DNA of 64,000 bases from contig CAZDKE010000005.1 in assembly GCA_964506255.1 (NCBI GenBank), positions 2,876 to 66,875 of the forward strand. The letters run 5' to 3'. Both the position numbers and the translations under genes were made by a program. Positions 25,826 to 34,653 of the stretch are shown in pieces. Position 1 is the stretch's first letter, and the number at the start of each line of letters is the position of its first letter. The stretch is from an uncultured Lishizhenia sp. GTDB taxonomy: Bacteria; Bacteroidota; Bacteroidia; Flavobacteriales_D; Crocinitomicaceae. The notes beneath the pieces are model-generated. The model ran no database searches and was not told where the DNA came from. It saw only the letters and a list, made by a program, of their open reading frames with translations.

Positions 25826-26869
25826 ATGGAAGAGAAAAGAAAAAAAATAATTTATTGGATTTTGCAAATTATAGGCTGGTTGATGTATGGAACCTTGCTT
25901 TTTCTTGCTGCCTATCGAAATGCTAACAATCAATTTAATTTGAAAATTGTCCTTAATCTTTCCATTTATATATTTCTAGGTATTTTATTAAGTCATTTTT
26001 TACGTTATTTATACCTTAAAAAACAATACTTTCAATTCAATGCGCCAATTCTAGTTTCTAGAATTATACTTTACTCAGGATTAGTATCTTTTATTTATAC
26101 AATCTCCAACAAATTAATCGCCTCCTTTATTTACTTAACTTTTTCAAAATGGGATTTATTTACCATCTTGTTAAATACTGCCTCAATTTATGTAGTTTTT
26201 ATTCTTTGGAGTTCCATCTATATCACCTTTCTTTTATTTGAAGAGTCACGTAAAAAGGAAATTAATAACTTACTTCTTACAAAAACACAAACAGAATTAG
26301 AACTTCAAAATTTGCGAGCGCAGTTGAATCCTCATTTTTTATTTAATTCATTAAATGCAATTCGCGCCTTGATTGAGGTAGAACCAGCAAAAGCAAAAAA
26401 TGGGATCAATCTATTATCTAATTTGTTGCGTTCAACTTTAAAATTAAATAGCGATAAATTAGTACCGATTCACAAGGAAATGGAATTAGTTGACGCTTAT
26501 CTTCAATTGGAGAAAATTCGTTTCGAGGAGCGATTAGAAGTGCGAAATTTTATTGATGATACTTGTCTCTACATTGAAATTCCAGCTTTTACCATTCAAA
26601 CATTGGTGGAAAACTCGATTAAACACGGCATTTCAATGCTGATTAATGGTGGATTTATTGAAATTAATGTTTACAAGGAAGAAGACCTTTGTCGAATTGT
26701 GGTTGTTAATTCAGGAACGTTAGGTGAAAAAGTGGATTTAGGAATTGGTTTGGATAATCTTAAAAAGAGATTAAAGTTGCAATATCAGGATAAGTTTACT
26801 TTCTCTATTGTTAGCTCTGGCGATTGCGTAAAAGTAGCAATTAGCATTCCAGCGAACATATCAATTTAA
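25826..26869 (+). CDS. LytS/YehU-type sensor histidine kinase (membrane sensor + His_kinase + HATPase)
   Basis: Five to six N-terminal TM helices, then QLNPHFLFNSLNAI (H-box of the LytS family) and a C-terminal ATPase domain with ENSIKHG. Confidence 0.8.
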   Translation: MEEKRKKIIYWILQIIGWLMYGTLLFLAAYRNANNQFNLKIVLNLSIYIFLGILLSHFLRYLYLKKQYFQFNAPILVSRIILYSGLVSFIYTISNKLIASFIYLTFSKWDLFTILLNTASIYVVFILWSSIYITFLLFEESRKKEINNLLLTKTQTELELQNLRAQLNPHFLFNSLNAIRALIEVEPAKAKNGINLLSNLLRSTLKLNSDKLVPIHKEMELVDAYLQLEKIRFEERLEVRNFIDDTCLYIEIPAFTIQTLVENSIKHGISMLINGGFIEINVYKEEDLCRIVVVNSGTLGEKVDLGIGLDNLKKRLKLQYQDKFTFSIVSSGDCVKVAISIPANISI

Positions 26870-26885
26870 TTTTTGTTTGCCAACT

Positions 26886-28361
26886 ATGAAGAAGTTAAAT
26901 GCAATTGTTATTGGTTCTGGAGTTGGCGGATTAGCTACAGCAATACGTTTGGCTAAAAAAGGAATTCAAGTCACTGTTTTTGAAGCAAACGCATTTCCCG
27001 GTGGAAAAGTTAATTCAAAGCAATTTGGCGATTATCGTTTTGATATGGGACCTTCTGTTTTCACGGAGCCACATTTAATTGATGAATTAATTTCACTTTC
27101 TGGTTCAAAAGAAGTTACTTTTCAATTTCATCAGCTGGAAGAATCTTGCCGCTATTTCTTTTCTGATGGTCAAGAATTAACAGTAATTGCTGGGGAAGAT
27201 AAAGTTGCTGAAACTTTTTCAAAAGCCTTAGGTGAAGACAAAACGGTTGTTGCTAATTTTCTAAAGCGTCAACGCAAAAACTATGAAGCAGTTTATCCTG
27301 TTTTTATTGCAGTTTCATTGCATCGTTTCAAGCATTGGTTTAATCGACATATCCCAAACGCATTGCTTCGATTGACAAAATATGGTCTTCTTAGCTCTAT
27401 GCACAAGGTGAATTCAAAAACATTTTCAAATCCAAAAACGACACAAATATTCGACCGATTGGCAACTTATAATGGAAGCAGTCCTTATAAAACGCCTGGA
27501 ATGTTGAACATTATTTCGCATTTGGAATTAAACGTTGGACCAGCAATGCCAGTAGGAGGGATGGTAGCAATTTCTGATACTTTGTATAAGTTGTGTTTAG
27601 AATTGGGTGTAAATTTTCGCTTTAATGAGAAAGTAACTTCTATTTTACATACAAATAATCAAGTTACTGGCGTTCAAACTTCATTAGGGAAATATTCCAC
27701 TGAAATTGTTGTGAGTAATATGGATGTTCATTTTACGTATGAAAAGTTGTTGTCTAATTTCGCCGCACCAAGCCTGAATTTAAAGCAAGAAAAATCGAGT
27801 TCGGCGATTGTTTTCTATTGGGGCATTAAGAAGCTGTTTCCAAAATTAGGGGTTCATTCTATTTTCTTTGCTGAAAATTATAAAGAAGAGTTTAAAGCTA
27901 TTTTTGAAACGAAGGAAGTGTATTATGATCCAACTATTTATGTTCACATCAGCTCTAAAGTTGAAAAAACGGATGCACCTTCATCAGGAGAAAATTGGTT
28001 TGTAATGATTAATTCTCCAATAAATGTTGGACAAAATTGGGACGAAGAAATTCAAAAAATACGAATTCACATTTTAAAAAAACTGAGTAAAGCTTTAGGT
28101 GAAGACATCGAACCATTAATTGAAGTCGAGGAAATCAATGAACCTCGAAAAATAGAAGCTATTTACAGTGGAAAACAAGGTTCAATTTATGGAAATTCTT
28201 CTAACAGTTCATTTGCTGCTTTTTATCGTCACCCTAATTTTTCAAAACAATTGAAAGGGCTTTATTTCGCTGGCGTTACGGTTCATCCTGGGGGAGGAAT
28301 TCCATTAGCCTTAAATAGTGCTAAAATTGTAGAAAGATGTGTTAAAGAGGATTTTCGATAA
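26886..28361 (+). CDS. phytoene desaturase (CrtI/CrtD) family FAD-dependent oxidoreductase
   Basis: MKKLNAIVIGSGVGGLATAIRLAKKG dinucleotide-binding fold and the C-terminal GLYFAGVTVHPGGGIP motif. ATG 26886 is preferred over the TTG at 26877. Confidence 0.8.
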   Translation: MKKLNAIVIGSGVGGLATAIRLAKKGIQVTVFEANAFPGGKVNSKQFGDYRFDMGPSVFTEPHLIDELISLSGSKEVTFQFHQLEESCRYFFSDGQELTVIAGEDKVAETFSKALGEDKTVVANFLKRQRKNYEAVYPVFIAVSLHRFKHWFNRHIPNALLRLTKYGLLSSMHKVNSKTFSNPKTTQIFDRLATYNGSSPYKTPGMLNIISHLELNVGPAMPVGGMVAISDTLYKLCLELGVNFRFNEKVTSILHTNNQVTGVQTSLGKYSTEIVVSNMDVHFTYEKLLSNFAAPSLNLKQEKSSSAIVFYWGIKKLFPKLGVHSIFFAENYKEEFKAIFETKEVYYDPTIYVHISSKVEKTDAPSSGENWFVMINSPINVGQNWDEEIQKIRIHILKKLSKALGEDIEPLIEVEEINEPRKIEAIYSGKQGSIYGNSSNSSFAAFYRHPNFSKQLKGLYFAGVTVHPGGGIPLALNSAKIVERCVKEDFR

Positions 28362-28458
28362 AAGCTTTATAACCATCAATGAGTTAATAACTTTAATAAA
28401 AATCTGACTTAAATCAGCGTTTTTTAAATAAAAATATCGTTAATTTGCTATCAAATCA

Positions 28459-29127
28459 TTGAAAATAGACACTTTGAAAAGAAAACATCGACCATTTTTA
28501 TTAAAACACAAAATAATTACTGGTGTTATCGTATTATTCACTTTGCTTGTAATCATTGTGTTTTTTAACCATTATTCAATTCAAAAATCAGCTCAAAATC
28601 TGATTTATAGTAAAATTGAAAATGTTCCATATCGCAAAACCGCTGTTCTACTCGGAATGGAAAAAAAGTTTACCAACGGAAAGCTGAATCGGTTTTACAT
28701 AAATCGTATAGATGCTACGGTAAATTTGTTTAATGCAAAGAAAATAGATATTATCATTGTTAGTAGAAATCAGGGGAATGTGGTGAATGATGTCAAGAAA
28801 GATTTAATTAAAAGAGGAATTCCAAAGGATAAAATTATTCTCGATTATGCTGGATTAAGAACTTATGATTCAATGTACAGAATGTATAAGGTTTATGGTC
28901 AAAAAGAATTCATTGTCATTGCTCAAAGAAAACAAAATGAGCGTGCCATTTACATTGCAAAAAAGAATGGTTTAAATGCTATTGCGTTCAATGCTGGTGA
29001 GTATTCAGGATATAATTCATTTCGATTAAACATGATTGAAAAGCTAGAAAGAACCCGTTTGTTTTTTGAGTTTCTTGTAAATAAAAAACCAATCTATTCA
29101 GGTGAAAAGGTAACTATCGCAATGTAA
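28459..29127 (+). CDS. SanA/YdcF (DUF218) family protein
   Basis: One N-terminal TM helix followed by a DUF218-like domain (VLLGMEK..., IIVSRNQGN, DYAGLRTYDS). The TTG start is uncertain. Confidence 0.6.
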   Translation: MKIDTLKRKHRPFLLKHKIITGVIVLFTLLVIIVFFNHYSIQKSAQNLIYSKIENVPYRKTAVLLGMEKKFTNGKLNRFYINRIDATVNLFNAKKIDIIIVSRNQGNVVNDVKKDLIKRGIPKDKIILDYAGLRTYDSMYRMYKVYGQKEFIVIAQRKQNERAIYIAKKNGLNAIAFNAGEYSGYNSFRLNMIEKLERTRLFFEFLVNKKPIYSGEKVTIAM

Positions 29128-29710
29128 ATTCACATTTCTTATTAATTCCTAAAGGCAATATTTCATCAAATTTTTTCTTCGGAATTTCTATGGCGCCATA
29201 TCTTTTGACATTATCATTCATAAATTGAGAATCTAACAGTACAAATTCATTGTCTTTTAAGATTTTAATCAAGTAATGAAAAGCGACTTTTGAAGCGTTT
29301 GAAACCTTTGAAAACATTGACTCTCCAAAGAAAACTCCTCCGATACAAACACCATAAAGTCCTCCAACTAACACATTGTTTTGATAAGCTTCCACTGAAT
29401 GAGCAAATCCAATTTTGTGTAATTGTGTGAACGCTTGAACCATTTCTTCTGAAATCCAAATTCCACCGTCGTCTTTTCGGGGTAAAGCACAATTACGCAT
29501 CACTTGTTCAAACTGTTGATTTATTCTGATTTCAAAAGTTTTCCGATTGATAACCGGCCGAAGGGATTTTGAAGGTTTATATGTTTCGATTGGAATAATT
29601 GTACGCGGGTCCGGACAAAACCAACTAATTTCATTGGATTCATCCGACATCGGAAAAATTCCTTGGCAATAAGCGGAGAGTAAAGTTGTAAGTTCTAATT
29701 TTGCTTTCAA
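29114..29710 (-). CDS. aat: leucyl/phenylalanyl-tRNA--protein transferase
   Basis: LLSAYCQGIFPM, WFCPDPR and GGLYGV.IGGVFFGESMFS motifs of Aat. The TTG start is uncertain. Confidence 0.85.
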   Translation of the reverse strand: MKAKLELTTLLSAYCQGIFPMSDESNEISWFCPDPRTIIPIETYKPSKSLRPVINRKTFEIRINQQFEQVMRNCALPRKDDGGIWISEEMVQAFTQLHKIGFAHSVEAYQNNVLVGGLYGVCIGGVFFGESMFSKVSNASKVAFHYLIKILKDNEFVLLDSQFMNDNVKRYGAIEIPKKKFDEILPLGINKKCEFTLR

Positions 29711-29795
29711 ATTGACAATTTAAAGCATTAAATTTACAAAAGAGAACAATTTTTTGGTTCTTTTTTGATTGTTAAAAAAAACTATTTTTTCAAGC

Positions 29796-30845
29796 TTAAT
29801 CAGTGAATTTATCACCTAGTAAAAATCCCCAAGCATTTAAAAAATCAACGTGATCGCACACAACTTTCACAATTGCAATCAACGGAATTGATAAAAACAT
29901 TCCTGGAATTCCCCAAATCGCACCGCCAACAATAACTGAAATAATAGATGCTAAAGCATTGATTTGTACACGTGAAGCAACAATTCGAGGGATTAAAAAG
30001 TTATTGTCGATTACTTGAATTACACCATACATAATCAAAACATAAACGACAAAAATCGGAGGCATCGTAATAAATGCAATTAACATATAAATGGTGGCTG
30101 CAATCATCGCACCGAAGTAAGGAATGAGGTTGAACAAAGCCCCAACAACTCCAAGTAAAAAGGCATAACGAATTCCCATCATCAGCAGTCCGAGTGAATT
30201 TAGAATTGCTATAATTATGAATTCTATGAATAAACCAACCACATAACTTTGAATGATTTTTTTTGTGTTTAACAGCACTTCTTCCACTGCAATAAAATCT
30301 CTGTCACGGAAAAGTCGTCTAAAAAATTCAAGTAATAAGGGCTTATAGTAAAGAATCATAACCATATAAACAGGTAATAAAACGGTTGTAATTAAAACAT
30401 TTCCAACACTACTAATTTTTTCACCGATTTTAAATTGCTTGATTTGATCTTTTTGAGCATCTAGCATCCAAGATTGAATTTTAGCCTCTTTTAAATTTGT
30501 TTTTTCAGCTATCCAAGTAATAATATCTGCACTGCTTTCATTAAATCTCTTTTTTAAAATTGGAAGTGCGTCGCTAAAACTGGATGCTTGTGAAATTAGA
30601 AAAAACAATAATCCTGAAACAATTAACAATCCCAAAAACACGGTCAATGAAATAGCAAAAAACTTATTGATTTTTTTAGATTCCAAAAAGTTGACAATAG
30701 GATTTAAAAGCACCGAAAAAATCGTTGCCATAGCAATTGGAATCAATATATCTTGTGCAATTTGAAGCGCATAAACAAGTCCAAATAGACTAATGAAAAT
30801 TAATGCAATTTTTGCGTAAAATGGCAATTTTAAGGTTTCTTGCAT
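29796..30845 (-). CDS. AI-2E family transporter (PerM/YhhT-like permease)
   Basis: 349-aa polytopic protein with the characteristic C-terminal IPGMFLSIPL motif. Confidence 0.8.
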   Translation of the reverse strand: MQETLKLPFYAKIALIFISLFGLVYALQIAQDILIPIAMATIFSVLLNPIVNFLESKKINKFFAISLTVFLGLLIVSGLLFFLISQASSFSDALPILKKRFNESSADIITWIAEKTNLKEAKIQSWMLDAQKDQIKQFKIGEKISSVGNVLITTVLLPVYMVMILYYKPLLLEFFRRLFRDRDFIAVEEVLLNTKKIIQSYVVGLFIEFIIIAILNSLGLLMMGIRYAFLLGVVGALFNLIPYFGAMIAATIYMLIAFITMPPIFVVYVLIMYGVIQVIDNNFLIPRIVASRVQINALASIISVIVGGAIWGIPGMFLSIPLIAIVKVVCDHVDFLNAWGFLLGDKFTD

Positions 30846-31173
30846 AGGTTAAAATTAATTCGTTTTCTCTTTTTTATTCCTTGAGGTGAATAAATTTAAA
30901 ACATTACGACCTATTTTTGATTTACTAATCAATTACTTAATCTTTTTTATGAAATAAGTAATTCACTTACTCCCATCTATATTAAACTAAATATGATTTT
31001 AATATAAAATCGATAGGATATATTTGAGTATCAACAAAATGCGCAAGCATCAATTTTTGTTCCTTTTTTTGATAAAAGTGAACACTAAATTTAATACTTG
31101 ATACTAGTTAACTAACTATTTGTTATCGAAACTTTTGAGTATGATTATTTGATTTGCGTATTCGAAGACGACA

Positions 31174-32313
31174 TTACGCCAAAGCCTGCATCAAGTCTTC
31201 AATTAAATCTTCAGCATCTTCTACGCCAACACTTAATCGTATCAAAGAGTCAACCACGCCACTTTGCTCACGAACTTCTTTCGGAATGGAGGCATGCGTC
31301 ATGGTAGCTGGATGTCCAATTAATGATTCAACACCACCTAAAGATTCAGCCAAAGCAAAAATCTCCACTTTTTTCACGATTTCAAGTGCGTCTTCCAATT
31401 TATTTCCTTTCAAATTGAACGAAATCATTCCACCAAAACCACGCATTTGTTTTTTGGCAACATCGTGATTTGGATGCGATTCAAAACCTGGCCAATATAC
31501 TTTGTCAATTTTCGGATGTATTTTCAAGAAATGAGCCACTTTTTCGCCGTTTTCGCAATGACGTTGCATTCTTAAATGAAGCGTTTTTATTCCTCTCAAA
31601 ACCAAAAAAGAATCCATTGGTGCAGTAACCGCTCCCGATGAATTTTGAATACGGTACATTTCATTTGCGATGTCATCGTTTGAAGTAACCAAAGCTCCCA
31701 TCACAACGTCTGAGTGTCCACCCAAATATTTTGTCACTGAATGCATAACGATATCTGCACCTAAATCTAAAGGGTTTTGTAAGTAAGGCGTTGCAAATGT
31801 GTTATCGACAGCTAACATTGCACCAGCTTTTTTAGAAATCGCGGCAATTGCAACAATATCTACGATATTCATCATTGGATTTGTCGGAGTTTCAACCCAA
31901 ATCAACTTTGTATTAGCATTCACTAAAGCTTCCACTTCAGTTGGATGTTGCATATTCACAAAGTGAAACTTAATACCATATTTTTCAAAAATTGTTTTAA
32001 AGATTCTGTAAGATCCACCGTATAAATCGTTGGTTGAAATTACTTCGTCGCCTGGATTCAACATTTTGATAATACAATCAATTGCAGCCAAACCCGAACC
32101 AAAGCAAGCACCATATTTTCCATTTTCGATAGCAGCAATGTTTTTTTCCAATGCGTGACGAGTCGGATTCAAAGTTCTTGAATATTCATATCCTTTGTGG
32201 TTTCCAACACCTTCTTGAACATACGTTGAAGTTTGATAAATTGGTGTCATTATTGCACCTGTCGTAGGATCTGGGTGAACACCCGCATGGATTGCTTTTG
32301 TACCGAATTTCAT
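31174..32313 (-). CDS. Cys/Met-metabolism PLP-dependent enzyme (cystathionine gamma-synthase / beta-lyase / methionine gamma-lyase family)
   Basis: Starts MKFGTKAIHAGV. PLP-lysine signature DIVMHSVTKYLGGHSD. The 28-codon extension in the track ORF is rejected. Confidence 0.9.
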   Translation of the reverse strand: MKFGTKAIHAGVHPDPTTGAIMTPIYQTSTYVQEGVGNHKGYEYSRTLNPTRHALEKNIAAIENGKYGACFGSGLAAIDCIIKMLNPGDEVISTNDLYGGSYRIFKTIFEKYGIKFHFVNMQHPTEVEALVNANTKLIWVETPTNPMMNIVDIVAIAAISKKAGAMLAVDNTFATPYLQNPLDLGADIVMHSVTKYLGGHSDVVMGALVTSNDDIANEMYRIQNSSGAVTAPMDSFLVLRGIKTLHLRMQRHCENGEKVAHFLKIHPKIDKVYWPGFESHPNHDVAKKQMRGFGGMISFNLKGNKLEDALEIVKKVEIFALAESLGGVESLIGHPATMTHASIPKEVREQSGVVDSLIRLSVGVEDAEDLIEDLMQALA

Positions 32314-32330
32314 TTTAAAAAGTTTTTTGG

Positions 32331-32338
32331 CAAAAATA
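32331..32338 (-). promoter_or_regulatory. -7 promoter box (TATTTTTG) for the Cys/Met PLP enzyme gene
   Basis: Matches TAnnTTTG on the minus strand, 17 nt upstream of the ATG. Confidence 0.45.
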
Positions 32339-32385
32339 ATAGAATTACTTAATGATTGAGAATTGTAGATAGTGAATTGATGATT

Positions 32386-32425
32386 GCGAATTAGCAAATC
32401 CGCAAATTAGCGAATCAGCAAATCA
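32386..32425. repeat. five in-phase tandem 8-mers GCRAATYM
   Basis: GCGAATTA GCAAATCC GCAAATTA GCGAATCA GCAAATCA, with degenerate units on both flanks. It lies between the ATL stop and the PLP-enzyme promoter. Confidence 0.7.
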
Positions 32426-32445
32426 GTAATTTATAAAACAACGAT

Positions 32446-32796
32446 TCAAATTTCATCAAGTTCTTCAGGATTCCAAAAGTGGGTATTAAAGTTTTGAATT
32501 TCATCCTCTATAATTTCAATTCCTTCAGCTTCTAATCTTTCTTGCATGGCGGTTGGAGTAGCGAAGTGCATCTTTCCAGTCAATAAACCATTTCGATTTA
32601 CAACGCGATGTGCTGGAATTTCAGGATTTGAGTGTGCTGCATTCATTGCCCAACCAACCATTCTTGAAGCTCTTTTTGCGCTTAGATAGTTGGCAATTGC
32701 ACCATAGGATGTAACTCTTCCTTTTGGTATTAATTTCACAATTGCATGAACTTGCTCAAAGAAATCTTTATTTTTATCGTTCAAAGAAGTAACCAT
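32446..32796 (-). CDS. alkyltransferase-like (ATL) protein: MGMT DNA-binding domain lacking the acceptor cysteine
   Basis: 116 aa with the MGMT fold (KGRVTSYGAIA...). The active-site PCHRV is replaced by PAHRVVN. Confidence 0.8.
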   Translation of the reverse strand: MVTSLNDKNKDFFEQVHAIVKLIPKGRVTSYGAIANYLSAKRASRMVGWAMNAAHSNPEIPAHRVVNRNGLLTGKMHFATPTAMQERLEAEGIEIIEDEIQNFNTHFWNPEELDEI

Positions 32797-32800
32797 AAAG

Positions 32801-32808
32801 CAAATATA
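32801..32808 (-). promoter_or_regulatory. -7 promoter box (TATATTTG) placed 4 nt before the ATL start codon (leaderless geometry)
   Basis: Minus strand reads TATATTTGctttATG. The box overlaps the first base of the divergent DMT gene ATG. Confidence 0.4.
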
Positions 32809-33176
32809 TGAAGGGTTTTGGAGCAATTGCACTTTTAGTAGCATCGAATGTATTTATGACTTTAGCTTGGTATGGACATTTGAAATTCAGTGAAAACAAA
32901 AAAATAGCGAGTTTAGGTTTATTCGCAGTTATACTTATCAGTTGGGGAATCGCATTTTTTGAATATTGTTTACAAGTTCCAGCCAATAGAATGGGCTATA
33001 AAGAACACGGAGGTCCTTTTTCACTCTTAGAGTTAAAAGTTATACAAGAAGTAATAACCTTGTTGGTTTTTTTGATTTTTTCTTTGTTGTTTTTTAAAAA
33101 TGAGTCATTTAAATGGAATCACATTGCTGGAATGATTTGTTTGGTGATGGCAGTTTATTTTATTTTTAAAAAGTAA
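32808..33176 (+). CDS. DMT-superfamily small membrane protein (DUF486-like)
   Basis: 122 aa with 4 TM helices; N-terminus MKGFGAIALLVASNVFMTLAWYGHLKF. Confidence 0.75.
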   Translation: MKGFGAIALLVASNVFMTLAWYGHLKFSENKKIASLGLFAVILISWGIAFFEYCLQVPANRMGYKEHGGPFSLLELKVIQEVITLLVFLIFSLLFFKNESFKWNHIAGMICLVMAVYFIFKK

Positions 33177-33224
33177 CATTAGCAATAAGATACTTTTATC
33201 ATTCACGACTTTACCACATTTTAT

Positions 33225-33232
33225 TACTTTTG
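33225..33232 (+). promoter_or_regulatory. -7 promoter box (TACTTTTG) for fabI
   Basis: Matches TAnnTTTG, 15 nt upstream of ATG 33248. Confidence 0.45.
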
Positions 33233-33247
33233 TTTAAAACAAAACAC

Positions 33248-34060
33248 ATGGCAAACGATTTATTAAAAGGAAAAAGAGGGATTATTTTTGGTGCATTGAA
33301 TGACCAATCAATCGCTTGGAAAGTGGCAGAAAGAGCTCATGAAGAAGGTGCTCAATTTGTTCTTACAAATGCTCCTATTGCAATGAGAATGGGAGAAATC
33401 AATGTGTTGGCTGAAAAAACAGGGAGTAAAATTATTCCTGCTGATGCAACAAGTATTGAAGATTTAGAAAACTTAGTGACACAATCGATGGAGATTTTAG
33501 GGGGTAAAATTGATTTTGTTCTTCACTCTATAGGTATGTCACCAAATGTAAGAAAAGGAAAACATTACACTGAAAATAATTATCAGTTCTATAATCAAAC
33601 AATGGATGTTTCTGCAATTTCTTTACATAAAACATTAGCAACACTTTACAAACATGATGCAGTTAGTGAGTGGGGTTCTGTTGTAGCATTAACTTACATT
33701 GCTGCTCAACGTATTTTCCCAGATTACAATGATATGGCTGATGCGAAATCTTTATTGGAATCTATCACTCGCTCGTTTGGTTATCACTACGGAATTAAAA
33801 ATAAAGTACGTGTGAATACAATTTCACAATCACCAACTGTTACAACTGCTGGGCAAGGGATTAAAGGATTTAAAGAATTTATAAATTTCTCGGAACAAAT
33901 GTCTCCACTTGGAAATGCTTCTGCACTTGCTTGTGCTGATTATTGTATTACCATGTTCTCTGACTTAACTCGTTACGTAACCATGCAAAATCTTTTCCAT
34001 GATGGAGGATTTTCAAATACAGGTGTAACACAGCAAGTTATCGATAAATTCGGAGAGTAA
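33248..34060 (+). CDS. fabI: enoyl-[acyl-carrier-protein] reductase (NADH), FabI
   Basis: LLKGKRGIIFG...SIAW N-terminus and the SDR Tyr/Lys context (LTYIAAQR...MADAKSLLE) typical of FabI. Confidence 0.85.
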   Translation: MANDLLKGKRGIIFGALNDQSIAWKVAERAHEEGAQFVLTNAPIAMRMGEINVLAEKTGSKIIPADATSIEDLENLVTQSMEILGGKIDFVLHSIGMSPNVRKGKHYTENNYQFYNQTMDVSAISLHKTLATLYKHDAVSEWGSVVALTYIAAQRIFPDYNDMADAKSLLESITRSFGYHYGIKNKVRVNTISQSPTVTTAGQGIKGFKEFINFSEQMSPLGNASALACADYCITMFSDLTRYVTMQNLFHDGGFSNTGVTQQVIDKFGE

Positions 34061-34085
34061 AATTTTCAAACCAATTTTAATTAGA

Positions 34086-34115
34086 AGTCATAAGTTTCCT
34101 TATGGCTTTTTTTTA
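34086..34115 (+). terminator. Rho-independent terminator after fabI
   Basis: agtcataag-tttc-cttatggct, a 9-bp stem with one G-U pair, followed by a T-run. Confidence 0.75.
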
Positions 34116-34209
34116 TTTCTAAAAATTTTAAAGTGTATTTATATTAACTGTAAATTTTATTTATGGTTATCTATTTGTTATTTAAATTTCCTTTATCTAG
34201 AAATCCTTT

Positions 34210-34217
34210 TACATTTG
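34210..34217 (+). promoter_or_regulatory. -7 promoter box (TACATTTG) heading the dab operon region
   Basis: TACATTTGcactGTG has the same box-N4-start geometry seen at smpB and the ATL gene. Confidence 0.4.
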
Positions 34218-34221
34218 CACT

Positions 34222-34599
34222 GTGAAAAATTGTGTCTTCCATAAATGTATTCTTGTTGTTGCAGCTTTTTGTCTGTTCTTCAACAGCATTGGATTTCAAC
34301 ATTTTCCTATAGAGCCTCGAACTTTTTCCAAACTTCAATCGACAGAAATTTCAAGTGGTGAAGAGATAAAATCTTCTGTTTTGGTTTCATTTATTGACTC
34401 TGAAGAACGAAATTTAGAACTTGAAAATGAAAGAGATGCGGAAGAAGATGGGGATAATGACCATTTAATTGCAACACTAGAACAACAATTAATAGCGGTT
34501 TACATAAATGATTTCGATGAAAATTCAATTGAAAATCAAAGTGTAAAACACGCTCACAGCCTTCCACTTTACATTCAATACGAAAATTTTAGACTTTAG
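34222..34599 (+). CDS. hypothetical small protein (hydrophobic N-terminus, acidic C-terminal half); could instead be an untranslated leader
   Basis: Track ORF with a GTG start 4 nt after a -7 box. N-terminus CILVVAAFCLFFNSIGF, followed by an acidic region ELENERDAEEDGDNDH. No family recognised. Confidence 0.4.
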   Translation: MKNCVFHKCILVVAAFCLFFNSIGFQHFPIEPRTFSKLQSTEISSGEEIKSSVLVSFIDSEERNLELENERDAEEDGDNDHLIATLEQQLIAVYINDFDENSIENQSVKHAHSLPLYIQYENFRL

Positions 34600-34653
34600 A
34601 ATTTACATTCAACTTTAAGTAAAATACTTAGTTACGAATGTAAAATTTAATTT

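Noticed and set aside
31154-31468. 104-codon ORF antisense to the 3-prime end of the Cys/Met PLP enzyme gene
   Set aside because: Overlaps a gene carrying the PLP-lysine signature, and there is no supporting signal.
32314-32445. Possible SAM or other riboswitch in the leader of the Cys/Met enzyme gene
   Set aside because: The -7 box is only 17 nt from the ATG, which leaves no room for a riboswitch. The upstream sequence shows 8-mer repeats rather than a conserved riboswitch core.
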